Shown piece by piece: positions 53,001 through 64,000 of a stretch of DNA of 64,000 nt. Both the position numbers and the translations under genes were made by a program. Under the pieces are notes generated by a model. It saw nothing but the letters and a program-made list of their open reading frames with translations. It was not told where the DNA came from and ran no database searches. The stretch spans positions 62,001 through 126,000 of the forward strand of contig KZ538060.1 of assembly GCA_000934665.2 (NCBI GenBank), written 5' to 3'. How positions within the stretch are numbered: position 1 is the stretch's first letter; the number at the start of each line of letters is the position of its first letter. The stretch comes from Catajapyx aquilonaris (Eukaryota).

Positions 53001-56000
53001 GTTACTGATAGTGTTGAGTTTATAATTATTAAATAGCACTTTACAGTAACTGGGGGATGTCTAAAAGGAGATATCGGTTACTGTATATTATACATGTATG
53101 GTACGTATACCTAGGTCAGTTTGCGATTTTACAGTATCGTTTGCAATAACTGGTCTTTATTTGCAGGGATTATCGACTGACCTAGACAAGCAGTTAGAGG
53201 AGCCATGACCCCTAGTTTGAAATAGTAAAATTGCAGTGCACATATAGGCCTTGAGTTATGGCATATGGGGACATTCGTAAGACCTGGTTGCATTAAAGAA
53301 AATTAATAGAAAAATCTACGATTACTGAATACATAATTTTGATACACTGTACGTCATTATGTCATTTTTATGAAAATCTCCACAAAACCAAAATTATTTT
53401 TCATTAATTTGTGTTTGGCATGGAAACTTATTATGTGTTTGTTTGAGGCTCATTTTGGGGGCCATCCTAGGCCTGCTTGAAATTCCTCAGATATGTATTT
53501 TGAATATGGCGCAGAATATGGCGGTATAAAACCAGAGAAGGGGTTTGTGTAGACGAGGTAGCTCGTGCTTCAGGCATGCATAATCTTTATATTCCAAGCT
53601 CGTGCGTGAGTTGGGTATGACCTTTTCCTCTCTCTAAACAACAGGCAGTGCAATCTGGAAGGTTGTTGGGAAAGCTTCCTGCCCCCAAGAAAGCATGTTG
53701 CGTCACTTAGTCTGCAATGTGTGTGAATATGCTAGATGTCAATCTAGTTGCACAAAAAAAAGCATGATCAGCATGTTTAAAACTAGAGAAAATATTTCTC
53801 TAGCATTGTACTTTGCTAAAGGGCACGGGTCAAGAGATGAGAAGGACACTAGTAAGATATTCGCTGGAGCAGGGAGAAAGGCCCGGGCTAAATTATGGGC
53901 CGCTTTCCCAGTCGTAATACTTGATGAATGGCTTTATTTGCACAGGATGTTGATAAAGGGACTACTTTTATTATTTAAACTTGGCAGTGTTCATTACTTT
54001 TTGTATGCCTCGGAGAAATGCTATGAGGTTTAATCCAGATGGCATTCACGGAGCTTGCACTTTGGCTTTTCGGATCCATTACTATTGTCATGTGTGACCT
54101 CCCTCCTAACCACGAAGACCACATTACCCATGTAATAATGCGTTCCCGCTTCACCGTTGACCAGGGGCGGGAACCCGAGCCGGGGACGCACACTGTTGTT
54201 GCATACACACCAGGATAACATTAGCCACTGTGAAGTATGAATATTATTTGAGTAACCACATAGGTGACCACACCCTTTTTCAAACCTCTAAGGACAATGG
54301 CACCACCTCCTAAAAATATTTCTGGCCCACCTCCAAGCCGACACCCGAAATAATCCGGGTCAGGAATCAATCCGGTCGGACGGCAGCATCGATTTTGCTA
54401 ATGGCTAAACTGCCACAAACCCAATTCTCTCTTATCCGGAACGAGCCAGAGCACACACAAAGTACTTCTTCTCCACCAGGTGACACCCTCTCTAGCTCCG
54501 GAAAAAATATATAACCTCTGCAGGCATTTAGAGGCTTTTGCCTGCAGAGAAATCGCGTGGGTTGGTGGGGGATGGGTGGGTGGGTTGGAGCTCCATTCAG
54601 AGCGTGAAGCTCATTCACGAAGTCCCAGGTGGAACGCGGCCTGACTGCCTACTAGCCTCACAACCTTCATTCAGGACCTGGGTTCAGAACAGGTTCAGAA
54701 CACTGAATTGTACACAAAAATTAAAAACCTGCTGCCAATTGCTCAGCTCAGTTTCCATCCAGCACCTTCACAGTTAATTTCGCTTTGACGCTACCGCCCC
54801 CCCTTTGTCGATCAATCGGCTTCAAAATGTACAGAGCCTTTGTCGATTCCATAACCGGCCCCCAGGTCCAAGCTGGCCCATTGAAAAGGGCGACTATCCG
54901 AACTGGCAGCGACAGTAAGTCCCCTGTAATCCCAAAGTCCCCAAAGGGCCCTTGCCTCCCCGGAATGCCAATCGAGCCTGAGTGGCCCAGAGGCTCTCAA
55001 TTATAAAGCTGGGAAGTTGCTGACCTCACCAAGAGACAACCTTTACCTTAAAACTCTAGAGAGTTTTCCTTAATATAAGCAGGTAATTAGTTTCCGCCAG
55101 GTAAATCAGCACGTGGATTTAGCTGATAACCTTTTTGCCATTTCGCAACTAGCGAGATCGGAATCCTCATAAGCAATCTGCAGTGTTTCCTTTCAAGTTC
55201 CTCTCTAGAGTCTTTGCTATTCATTTGGAGCGAGCTTACACGCCCAAGGGCTACGTTAACCTCTTCGTCTCGGGTAATTTGCAGAAGAAGAGCTCTTCTT
55301 TCTTCTTTTTTTTATCTAAGAGAATGGGGAGTTTAAGCAGCGTGTTTCCTAGTTCGTTCTAAACATTGCAGATAGGACGTTTGGGACTTATCATTAATAT
55401 ATGAGCTCTTGCACATTCTGCGTATGTGGAGGCATCAAAAATTAACAGGCTGCATTATGCATATTTGTCTCACAGAGAATACACTACAATGCACTTTATC
55501 ACATTTACGCGCATTTTATTTTCAATTGTTACAGTGCGAACCAGTTGACGAATTATATGATAGGCTATCTAGAAATCCACCCAGAATTCCTTACACCTAG
55601 GCAACACTGCCACTTACCACTAACCACCTCCAGTTCATCCCTTTACTTCCGCCTCCTTGCCTCTAATTGTGAAAAATCATGGTCGACAAGCAAAGGAGGG
55701 TCCCCAGCCGGGCTGCAAAACGAGCCGCTAAAGCCCTCTAAGCACTGATTCTCTGTCAGTGGGCACATTCCGGTACAATCCCCTCCTCCATTATCCGGCC
55801 GTTCTACAAAACGCCACGCCTTGTTCACGAATAAGCCCCTCGTTTTATCCCTCTCGTAGAACCCCCCCNCCCCCCCCCCCCCAACGAAGCTAATTCCAAC
55901 CAGGAAAAGGAGTCTCCCACAACAATGCCATGCTGGGGCAGATAGCGTGACCGCAAACACTTTCCCAAACACGGCTCTTGATTGAGGAACGCCAAGTCGA

Positions 56001-56837
56001 ATCCTAGACCCTGAAAGTCCTTTGAAGCCTAATGAGCCGTATCATGTTGGGCAAAGAGATGTCAGGTGATACCACACCAAAGGAGTGGCTGTGGCTGGGC
56101 CTAGCTAGGCCTAGCCTTAAGCCTATCCGCCATTAATGCAAAAAAAAATGAGGCCTTAAGGGTCAGTTGCTCCCCCACCTCACTAACTAAGGGTTTAACG
56201 TCTCGAAACTTTAGCCACTGGCCGTTTGATCCAATAAATTTCCAGCCAAAAAATTCGGGGAGGCTATCAAGCCAAACTTCCCGTAAGTCTAGCTCTATCT
56301 CGTAGGTTTTCTGGATTCGATCTAGTAGCGGGGGCGGAGAATTGGCGCCTGGTAACGAGCGCGGGGGCGGACTAGAATAAGGAAAAGTGGGTAAAAAAGA
56401 AGGAAAAGAAGGAGAATTGAGGCGCTCACAAGGAAATGGGATATTGGCTCCTTTTTTTACGTTCGGTCTTTTTCTTTACCAGGAGCAATAATTTCGCTTT
56501 TCACGTTGGTTGGCAAGGAAATTAGGCTGAGGTAGGACCACTTGGGGCGGGCCAAAGGGCAGGTGTGAGGCCGGATCTTAACACACCCTACAACCGGCTG
56601 GGCATCAATTCAGAACACGAACGCTTTCTACAAGCCTTACCACCACCCACTACCTAACTCAAATTTGCAGAGGAACTTTGTGGGATTCGGAGGTACACAT
56701 GGAATTCTAAAGGTAGTTTGAACACACGCCGCAGGACTTGGCGAGTAGGGTTTTTTTTAAAGGTCCAATGCTGAGCTGTGGTGTATATCTAGGAGTTTGC
56801 GTGGGTAAATAATGGGTTCAACTCTTGTGTGTTTCAG

Positions 56838-56998
56838 AATGCCCGCCAGCAGAAGATGGCATGGACCGCTTTGCGTGTCCAGCTCCAGACAGGATGGGGC
56901 GTTACCGTTGCATCGACGACCACCGTCTCTGCGACGGATTCATCGACTGTCCCAACGGAGAAGATGAAGATAGACAAGCCTGCATGTTTTACAAGACG
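56838..56998 (+). CDS. jeb: jelly belly orthologue, coding exon 2: LDL-receptor class A domain
   Basis: Acceptor tgtgtttcag| ends at 56837 and donor ACG|GTAAGT lies at 56998/56999. The exon encodes (E)CPPAEDGMDRFACPAPDRMGRYRCIDDHRLCDGFIDCPNGEDEDRQACMFYKT, which has six Cys and the acidic CDGxxDCxxGEDE LDLa signature. It matches my recollection of the Jeb C-terminal domain. Confidence 0.95.
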
Positions 56999-59004
56999 GT
57001 AAGTCATTCCACTCTTGTTTATACAAAAATAATCATAATGGTTCACGAAACATGTACTCTTTATGTAGATATGTTATTTTATCTTCGAAACCTCGTTACT
57101 GAGATAATGGGCTTCAAACGCAAAGTATACATGCGTTTCTCCATGCCTACTTGGAACTCGATAGCAATCACCGAGGCGAGGAAAGAGTAGGCTATATCCG
57201 CGACTTCATAATTAGTGCAATAATTATTCCAGTAACGATCAAAGCTGCAAAGGCCAAACGCTTACAAAAGTTGTCTAATCATGATGAAACGCCTACTGTC
57301 AGTAGGCTTATTATTAAACCAAATTCTTTCTGGTGAAACTTACTGCTATTAACAAAACACTGAGAGGCCTATTCCGCACTTTACCCAATGATGTAGGCTT
57401 TGCATGAATGAAATATTTATGCTGCAGAGTACTGCAAACCGCGGAGGTTGTGTTAGATATAGTTAAACACAGTGTTGTTGAATTTTTTGCTGCAAATGAA
57501 AATAGGCTTCCTAAAATAGACATGAAATACTGTATTCCTCCGCTTTACTTAACTAGCAGATGACGTCAACCGCATATTCATATACGCGACATTATACAAC
57601 CAGAACTCTGCTTATACGCGCCATATCAATGTAACTATTAATCACAGAACCCTGACTTTATACAATGTATAGACCTGAAGATCGCAAGGCGGAGGAAAAA
57701 TGGAGCAAATTATCTCTTTCCGGCTTGAAATCTGAAGAAAGAAAAATGAGCCTAGGGCAAAGGAAAACACTCGATTCCCTTTTATGGTCCAAATTACGAG
57801 GTTGGATTGCATTAGGAATCCTCCCCATCCATCGCCTTATCTCTCCGCCATTAAATTCGAATTCGCAACCTACGCCAATCGCCATCAAGAAATTGCCCCT
57901 CAATCCAAAACTTGTGTCCCTGCAAAATGAGACACGTCCTTTTTGGACAACTTTGTCACGCAATTTCTTGGGACTACCAGGACTGCCAAATTTAACACGG
58001 GTATCTTTACTATAACCCGCCTCTTGGTGAGTGACGGCTTCTTGATGACTGCCCCTCAAGCTACGTCCCTTTGTCTCTATCCTAGATCAGTCTCTGGCAA
58101 ACTGCCTGGTTTTCCGATGGCCACAGGGACCTGTGGGGGTCCCTTTCCTTTGGGCATTTTAGGGATTCTGCGTGCACGCTCCAATATGCGGATTAGGGCA
58201 GGGAATATTATCAAGTTGAGCTTCCCAGAGTATTTGCATGGCTTATTTACGGCCCAGTCTTAAGGGTGCTCTCAAAGTGCCTAGACATGCAGGGGTCATG
58301 CTGCGGTGTCGTATAATCTGGACCATGGAAGATTAAAAAGGAGAGCTCCTAGGACATACAGGCTGACAGTAAACAGTTATGGGTCGTCATAATATATTCT
58401 TTCAATAGTAAACAGTTAGTCCAAAGTTTCTTTCAGTAGAAAACGTCTACTATTGAAAGATAGGTTAGGTTAGGTTAGGTTAGGTTAGGTTAGGTTAGGT
58501 TAGGTAACCAACCAGATAGGTGATGACCCACAACTTTGGACTAACTGGTCAGTTAGGCAAAGTTGTGGATCATATGTTCTTTCAGCATCGCCGTTGTCAT
58601 TTCATCAGAGTACAGAAGAAATTCATCAAATCAACAACAAATTCATCAATAAGTCAGTAATTAAGGGCCACAAATTCACTTAACCTATCCTTGTGAGGCT
58701 GACGATTAACTGCTGCACTTTCACAATATGGCGCATCTTCCAGGCTTCCTAACACAATTTGCTTCATCCCCCACTGTATTTTGAAAATTAGACAGATCGC
58801 GTGACTCTAGGCACCTGGTAGGCCAGAACCGTAGGAGTAAATGGGCATGACGTCAATGTAACGATACACCGCCTCTTCCTCACACGACGGGAACACCCCC
58901 TAACCCTTGCATCGAATTTTTTTTTGTAGAGATCTAATCAAAACGGGTTCCAACACGATAAGCGAAACAATTTGCACATTTTTCTCTTCATTGTCTCTTT
59001 ACAG
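56999..59004 (+). other. jeb: jeb intron 2 (2,006 bp, GT-AG, phase 0)
   Basis: It begins GTAAGT and ends TTACAG. The join gives CMFYKT-TKAHL. Confidence 0.92.
58461..58505 (+). repeat. Interstitial (TTAGG)n tract, 9 units, the arthropod telomeric motif
   Basis: (TAGGT)9 read directly, lying in jeb intron 2. Confidence 0.95.
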
Positions 59005-59064
59005 ACCAAGGCCCACCTAGACGTGCTGGCCGACGCCCTTCTTCGATGGGCAAGAGGTCGCTAA
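59005..59064 (+). CDS. jeb: jelly belly orthologue, coding exon 3 (C-terminus and stop)
   Basis: A long pyrimidine tract and tttacag| acceptor end at 59004. The phase-0 join gives TKAHLDVLADALLRWARGR-TAA, the C-terminus I recognise from insect Jeb. Total CDS is 514+161+60=735 nt, or 244 aa. This exon is absent from the ORF track. Confidence 0.93.
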   Translation, partial: TKAHLDVLADALLRWARGR

Positions 59065-60333
59065 CCAATCGGCGTCGCCCACGTCACCGCAACAAGCGTC
59101 GCCTTCAAGCGCTCAGCGACAAACACCTCTCAAAGAAGCGGATAAACACGACATGTGATGATGCCACTCGTCGTCACCGGCAACCATTGACACAGACTGA
59201 CTTGTCCGAACAAAACCAACCAATCCACTCTGATCTCATTGTTCCTGCACCGGTGGGGTTGGAAAACTATTGCTACTTCTACAAAAACTAAAATAAGAGG
59301 AATATACAACATCAACAGCAGCACCTTCTAAAAAAATCATGTCCGGTTGGATTTTTTCTTTATCTCTTTGTTTTTTCTAAAAATATGGACAAACGTATCG
59401 TAGGATACCCCAAAAGTCATAAGAAAAATGTGAAAGAACAAGCGATACCCTGGCTTTTTTGTATGCCCGAGTACGTTTCTTTGTGTGTGTGGCCATCACT
59501 CGATGACTCCTCGCTGGTGTTGTTTTGCAAAAAAGATGTACGAGATGTTGAAGAGGTCAGTTCAGGAAAATGTCATGTTGTCAAAACGATGATGCAGTCG
59601 AACGGATGAAGAGTAGAGCGTCCAAAGGGAAGGTTCGAGACTGATCAGAGGTCAGAGGTCAAAAAGGACAAGGGAGGGCAAGAGCGTCCTGCCATGAGCC
59701 TCGGCAGGACGCTGCGTAACAATCACGAGTCACCTAAGGAAATGTGAAAACACATTTTAAAACAAAGTGTGTTAAAATCTTGTGGTAGTTAGTCAACTTT
59801 TTTCGAAAAACGCTTGCTCCAAATATCGCAGTGTACACGTAGTAAAAACAGTAGCACGTTGTGTACTTGTAACCATAGCTAGTGTGTGACATCAGTCCCC
59901 CCTACCCTTCTTCCATACAAAATGGAAGAATAATGTCGTTTCCACATTTTCTTACGACTCAAAATTTCGTGAGTGCCCTACGATTTTCTGGGGCTGGATA
60001 CACCTCGGAAACCGCGAAGGACCTTTGGAAGAAGTGGCAGCGTACACCGGTACGCAGTCAACCAGTGTGTTTCTGAGCCACCTCACTTCTTCCAGACATC
60101 CTTCCGAAGCCATTGGATTCAAAGTACTTTAAAAAAACGGCCGTACCAGTACCAAAGAGGCTGATGGTGCCGGATGGCTACAATTCCCAGGTGTGTACAT
60201 CGTGCGACACACACGAAAGACACCGAATAGCATTGTCCTCATGGCCAATATTTGGGGGGTGGGCAACCTTCCCTGAAAGACGCAGAAACAGAGAAGCAAC
60301 CTGATGCCTTCTTGAGTGTGTTCGATGGATTAA

Positions 60334-60339
60334 AATAAA
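60334..60339 (+). terminator. Candidate polyadenylation signal AATAAA for jeb
   Basis: This is the first AATAAA I noticed after the stop codon, about 1.27 kb downstream. Others lie near 63585 and 63923, so the true 3' end is unknown. Confidence 0.3.
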
Positions 60340-61022
60340 AATTTTATACAAGTACTGCACACGGTATTGTACGCGCAATGATGACCCGAGAAGCACGAGT
60401 GATGCGCCGTTATTTTTATTTTTTATTTTTTTTCATTAAAAAAAATAAGAAAGCGACGCCCCCACAAAGAATTCACGCTGGCTATAAGCCAAAAGTGCAA
60501 ATAGTGGCGGATTCTATTATTTTCAATCTATACTGTACCTCAGGAAGACGTTTCTTTCGGACGACATCAAAAGTGCTGTTGTCCAGGGATCGCCAAATGC
60601 CTCTCTAAAACGGTAGGTGGACGTATTTCCTGCCGCCATTTTCATGCGCATGCGTATGGAGCGCTACCACGAAATACGTCACGAGTTTCCTCTTGGGGGT
60701 ATTTTTGCGACCCCAAACTTTTTGGCGATTTTTGTCACCATTCCCCCGCCCCCCTCCCTTCCCCCTTCCCCCCTTCCCCTATATACACACCCCTCAGTTC
60801 ATATTAGAATATCTCGTGGCAGCCTCCGGAAGAACTGTTTCTTAATACTTTTTTTTCGTTGTTTGAGAAAAAGCGAACAAGTTTTATCTCGGCGTGTGAT
60901 ATGTCATTGTACCTGCACCAGCACTTTACACCATTCCACACCGTATGTGCGTTTTTTTTGTCGTAATCAGCGTTATTTCTTATCTTGAGCGTTTAGGCTG
61001 CCAATCATTCGAGTGAATATTA

Positions 61023-61103
61023 TACACTCTAAAATATTTTGGAAAAAAAATTACACTCTGAAAACAATTGAGCCAAAAATTAGCTGAAATATTTCAGAGT
61101 GTA
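61023..61103. mobile_element. TA-CACTCT...AGAGTG-TA MITE-like remnant
   Basis: TACACTCTAAAATATTT pairs with AAATATTTCAGAGTGTA (one mismatch). An internal second copy, TTACACTCTGAAA, lies at 61051-61063. Confidence 0.45.
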
Positions 61104-64000
61104 AAATCAAGACTATTGTCACACTAATTTTTTTAAACAATATTTGCAACAATCAGTTGCGAAATATTTTGGCTGCCATATTACGTCATAAGCATCAGAA
61201 CAATGCTGATTACTTTTCTTGATTTTTTGTACTCGTTGATTTCCTAGAGTTTTCTGGATATTGCAAGTAACAATTTTTTTGGAGAGAGTCGTCGATAAAT
61301 ATAAGTAGATTATAACATACAAAAAAAAGGTGCTACTTGTCGTTAGTGTCACTGACCTGTACAGTCGCCACCACCCAGCACGTTTATACATTACATTTGA
61401 GTGATTTTACTTGACCCGTTTCAAACCGTGTCCAGGTTAGAAAGAAACTGTTAAGTGCAAACTAGTTGCATTTGACAATTTTGAAGAAAAAAAAAACATA
61501 TGTTTTTTCTAAAGAGTCTGATTGTGCTCCACATGTACAGTCGAAGTAGAATACGATTACCCTTCTTCACAGAGAAGGTATAGAAGAATCCTTTTAAAAA
61601 AAATGGAACTTTTTGAAAAGGTGTTTGGATCGTCCTCATGATGTGGAATCGGGCTCCTTTTAGCATTCATGGGAGCAAATTCCGAAGCGACTTTCCTCGT
61701 TCTCCTCGAGTCCACTTTGCGAAAAGTTTCGCCCATCTTGTCAGCCACGGGGGGGAGGGGAGGAGCAAGCGGCCCACTTCTCACATTTTTATTCCTAAAG
61801 ACTCTTGGAACTAATCCTACGACTGACATAGACGTCATAGACTGAACACTACCTAAACCAAAGGCTGCGCGAGATATTCTAAAAAAAAACTTTAAAAAAA
61901 AGCGAGAAAGAGAGAGAAAAAAAATCGACTTTTATCATTCGCAAAAAAAATAATAACGAGGGAAGAAACCCGCGCTGTAAAACCCATTCCTTAACCCCCC
62001 CAATTATTATAGATGTGAATATTTTATTATATTTATTGTTATTATTGTATACGTTGAAACCATATCTGTCTCGCTCTGTAAGATAACCTCTAGGGACAAG
62101 AATGTACGGCTGTTTGTGATAAAACTAGCACCAAAACGTGGAGACGGCGGGGTTTATTCCGGAGAAAACCAGCAATTGCACCGATTGGACCCCCACATTC
62201 ATTTTTTGTCATTCCTAGTTTGTGGACCCCCCTTCATGAGCGTACATTCTGGTTTCACGGCTGCATAGTGTCACCATCATTCTACTGCACCAGTGTTCAT
62301 AATTCATTTTTTAAACCCTAATATTTATTTGTGCTTTCTCCTATACATCATCCCAAATCATTCCTCTCCAATTGTTAAGTGAAAAAAGTGTGCTACAATT
62401 TTTTCCTTCACTGTCGGCGGTATGGGGTTTTGAGAAGAAAAATGTGTAACAATTCTTATGGTGATCATCCTACATAATATGCTAATAATAGTAAGTGGTA
62501 GAAACTCACGCCCCCTACTTGGTGACCATCAGCAGGATATTTAAACAAAATATGAAACATACACACAACTACTAGCAAACGCAATGGACATCACTTTTAC
62601 TCCTCTAAAATGCCATGGCAATTATGGTGTGTCAAAAAAATATACCTATGCTATATAGGATTACGATTCCTCAAATCCATCCAATGTTTGGACTCGTTCC
62701 TCCTTCGGTGTCAATGTTGCTGTTTTCAAACATCCATCCCAGTCTTGGTATTGTACCTCAAAGGATCACATTGGAATTTCGTACGTTGTTGGCTGTTGAA
62801 CTGCTGTGAGGAGCCTCATGAAAACCCTGGGGTTTAATTTATTTAGATTATTTATTATTTCGGTTAGCGAAAACGTGCATGGGCAGCGATTTTAGTTGAT
62901 TCTAAACATGCACTCTCTCGTCTATCCGGAGGCTGGTTTTGATGTATAATATACATAAATATTCACAGGGGAAAAAAACCTGGTATTCAACTACTTTCGA
63001 GCCCTCGCACGTGCAAACTTACGTAGCAAAAAAATTTCGCTTACGAGTCAAAATCTGTCGGATTTGATTTGTTTCAAAAAAAAACTTCTTCCTTTTGGTT
63101 CTGACCGCCAAACAATACGGTAGGAATATATTGAGAGTAAAAAAGAAGATTAATAGTGAAAAAAAATGTATGACTCCCAAAGCCGCGTGTTCAGTTTCCC
63201 CAACCCCCATTCCCCGACTTTTTCTCAAAGCTCTTGGGCCCAGATTTTCTATTTTTCCTTACCTGAAAAGAATGAAAACTACAAAGCGAATTGTCGAGAC
63301 CCAAGACTTTCATATCTTCCAGTGGCACAATCCCCCCCCTTCCTCCCCCTCCTCCATCCCCCTTAAGAGATCGAATGAGGATTTCATACAGGTCATGTTT
63401 GTAATCTACGCGTACAAACTATGAAATCCGTAATAATGTATTATATATAATGAAAAAAAAAACTTAATCTTTTTGTAAAGGGTCCCCCCCTCCCCGCCCA
63501 TGAGAAATCTTACATTGCGTAACTTTCCGTCATTCATTTTGCATTATGCTTAATAATTTTAATTTTTTAGTTGTTAGGGCTCCAAATAAAAAGAGTGTGG
63601 TATCTTCCACAGTGTTCATAATTTTCAATGCAAAACCCATAACGGTCCATAATGAGTTGTATTGGAGAAGGGAATCCCCAAGATTCAAATACTTTGCGGG
63701 TCGAAGTGAAGCAGCTAAACTAACTGCTAAGCTGAATGGTTCTTACAAAATGTCGTCTGTGAATACGTGTGTTGAAAGGATAGCAGCCATTACTGTCTGA
63801 TTAAGGTTTCATTGTATAAAAAAAGGAAATATACAAAGCAATCTATTTTCTTTCTATGGAACAAATTCCTTTGTGTACTATGTTGCTAGAGTTTCTCTCT
63901 GAGAAAGCGATACGTGAAAGTTAATAAATGAATCAAGTGAGGTGCAAACGTTGTCTCTATCCATTTCCCTTCCCATTAGGGTTCCCTTTGCAGCTAACTG

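Larger units (their letters stand above)
28268..56837 (+). other. jeb: jeb intron 1 (28,570 bp, GT-AG, phase 1)
   Basis: It begins GTGAGT and ends TTTCAG. The flanking exons join to the contiguous conserved motif YDVPQI-E-CPP. Confidence 0.85.

Noticed and set aside
56999..57190. Continuation of the 121-aa ORF past the LDLa exon
   Set aside because: A strong GTAAGT donor at 56999 and a conserved downstream exon indicate intronic run-on.
58461..58505. True telomere or chromosome end
   Set aside because: The tract is only 45 bp and lies within an intron, with gene sequence continuing on both sides.
59062..59145. Stop-codon readthrough extension of jeb
   Set aside because: TAA is a tight stop, the next in-frame stop comes after about 26 codons, and no supporting evidence is visible.

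Overview
This is eukaryotic genomic DNA, very probably from an arthropod, and it is mostly non-coding. One protein-coding gene is well supported: a + strand, three-coding-exon orthologue of jelly belly (jeb), the secreted LDLa-domain ligand of the Alk receptor kinase. Its CDS is join(27754..28267,56838..56998,59005..59064), encoding 244 aa, with a 28.6 kb first intron and a 2.0 kb second intron. The rest of the window is intergenic or intronic. It holds a tRNA-Gly-derived SINE with a 15-bp target-site duplication, several fold-back/MITE-like palindromes, and a dispersed repeat with Helitron-like 3' ends. It also holds two minisatellites with higher-order structure, an interstitial (TTAGG)n tract inside inverted repeats, microsatellites, two very decayed transposase-like remnants and a 124-N assembly gap. 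Nearly all ORFs in the supplied track look spurious. I found no convincing new multi-gene system. The most interesting leads are possible prohormone-like processing and amidation of Jeb, strong over-representation of the TGACGTCA palindrome, and the repeat architectures. All calls are by eye; no searches were run.
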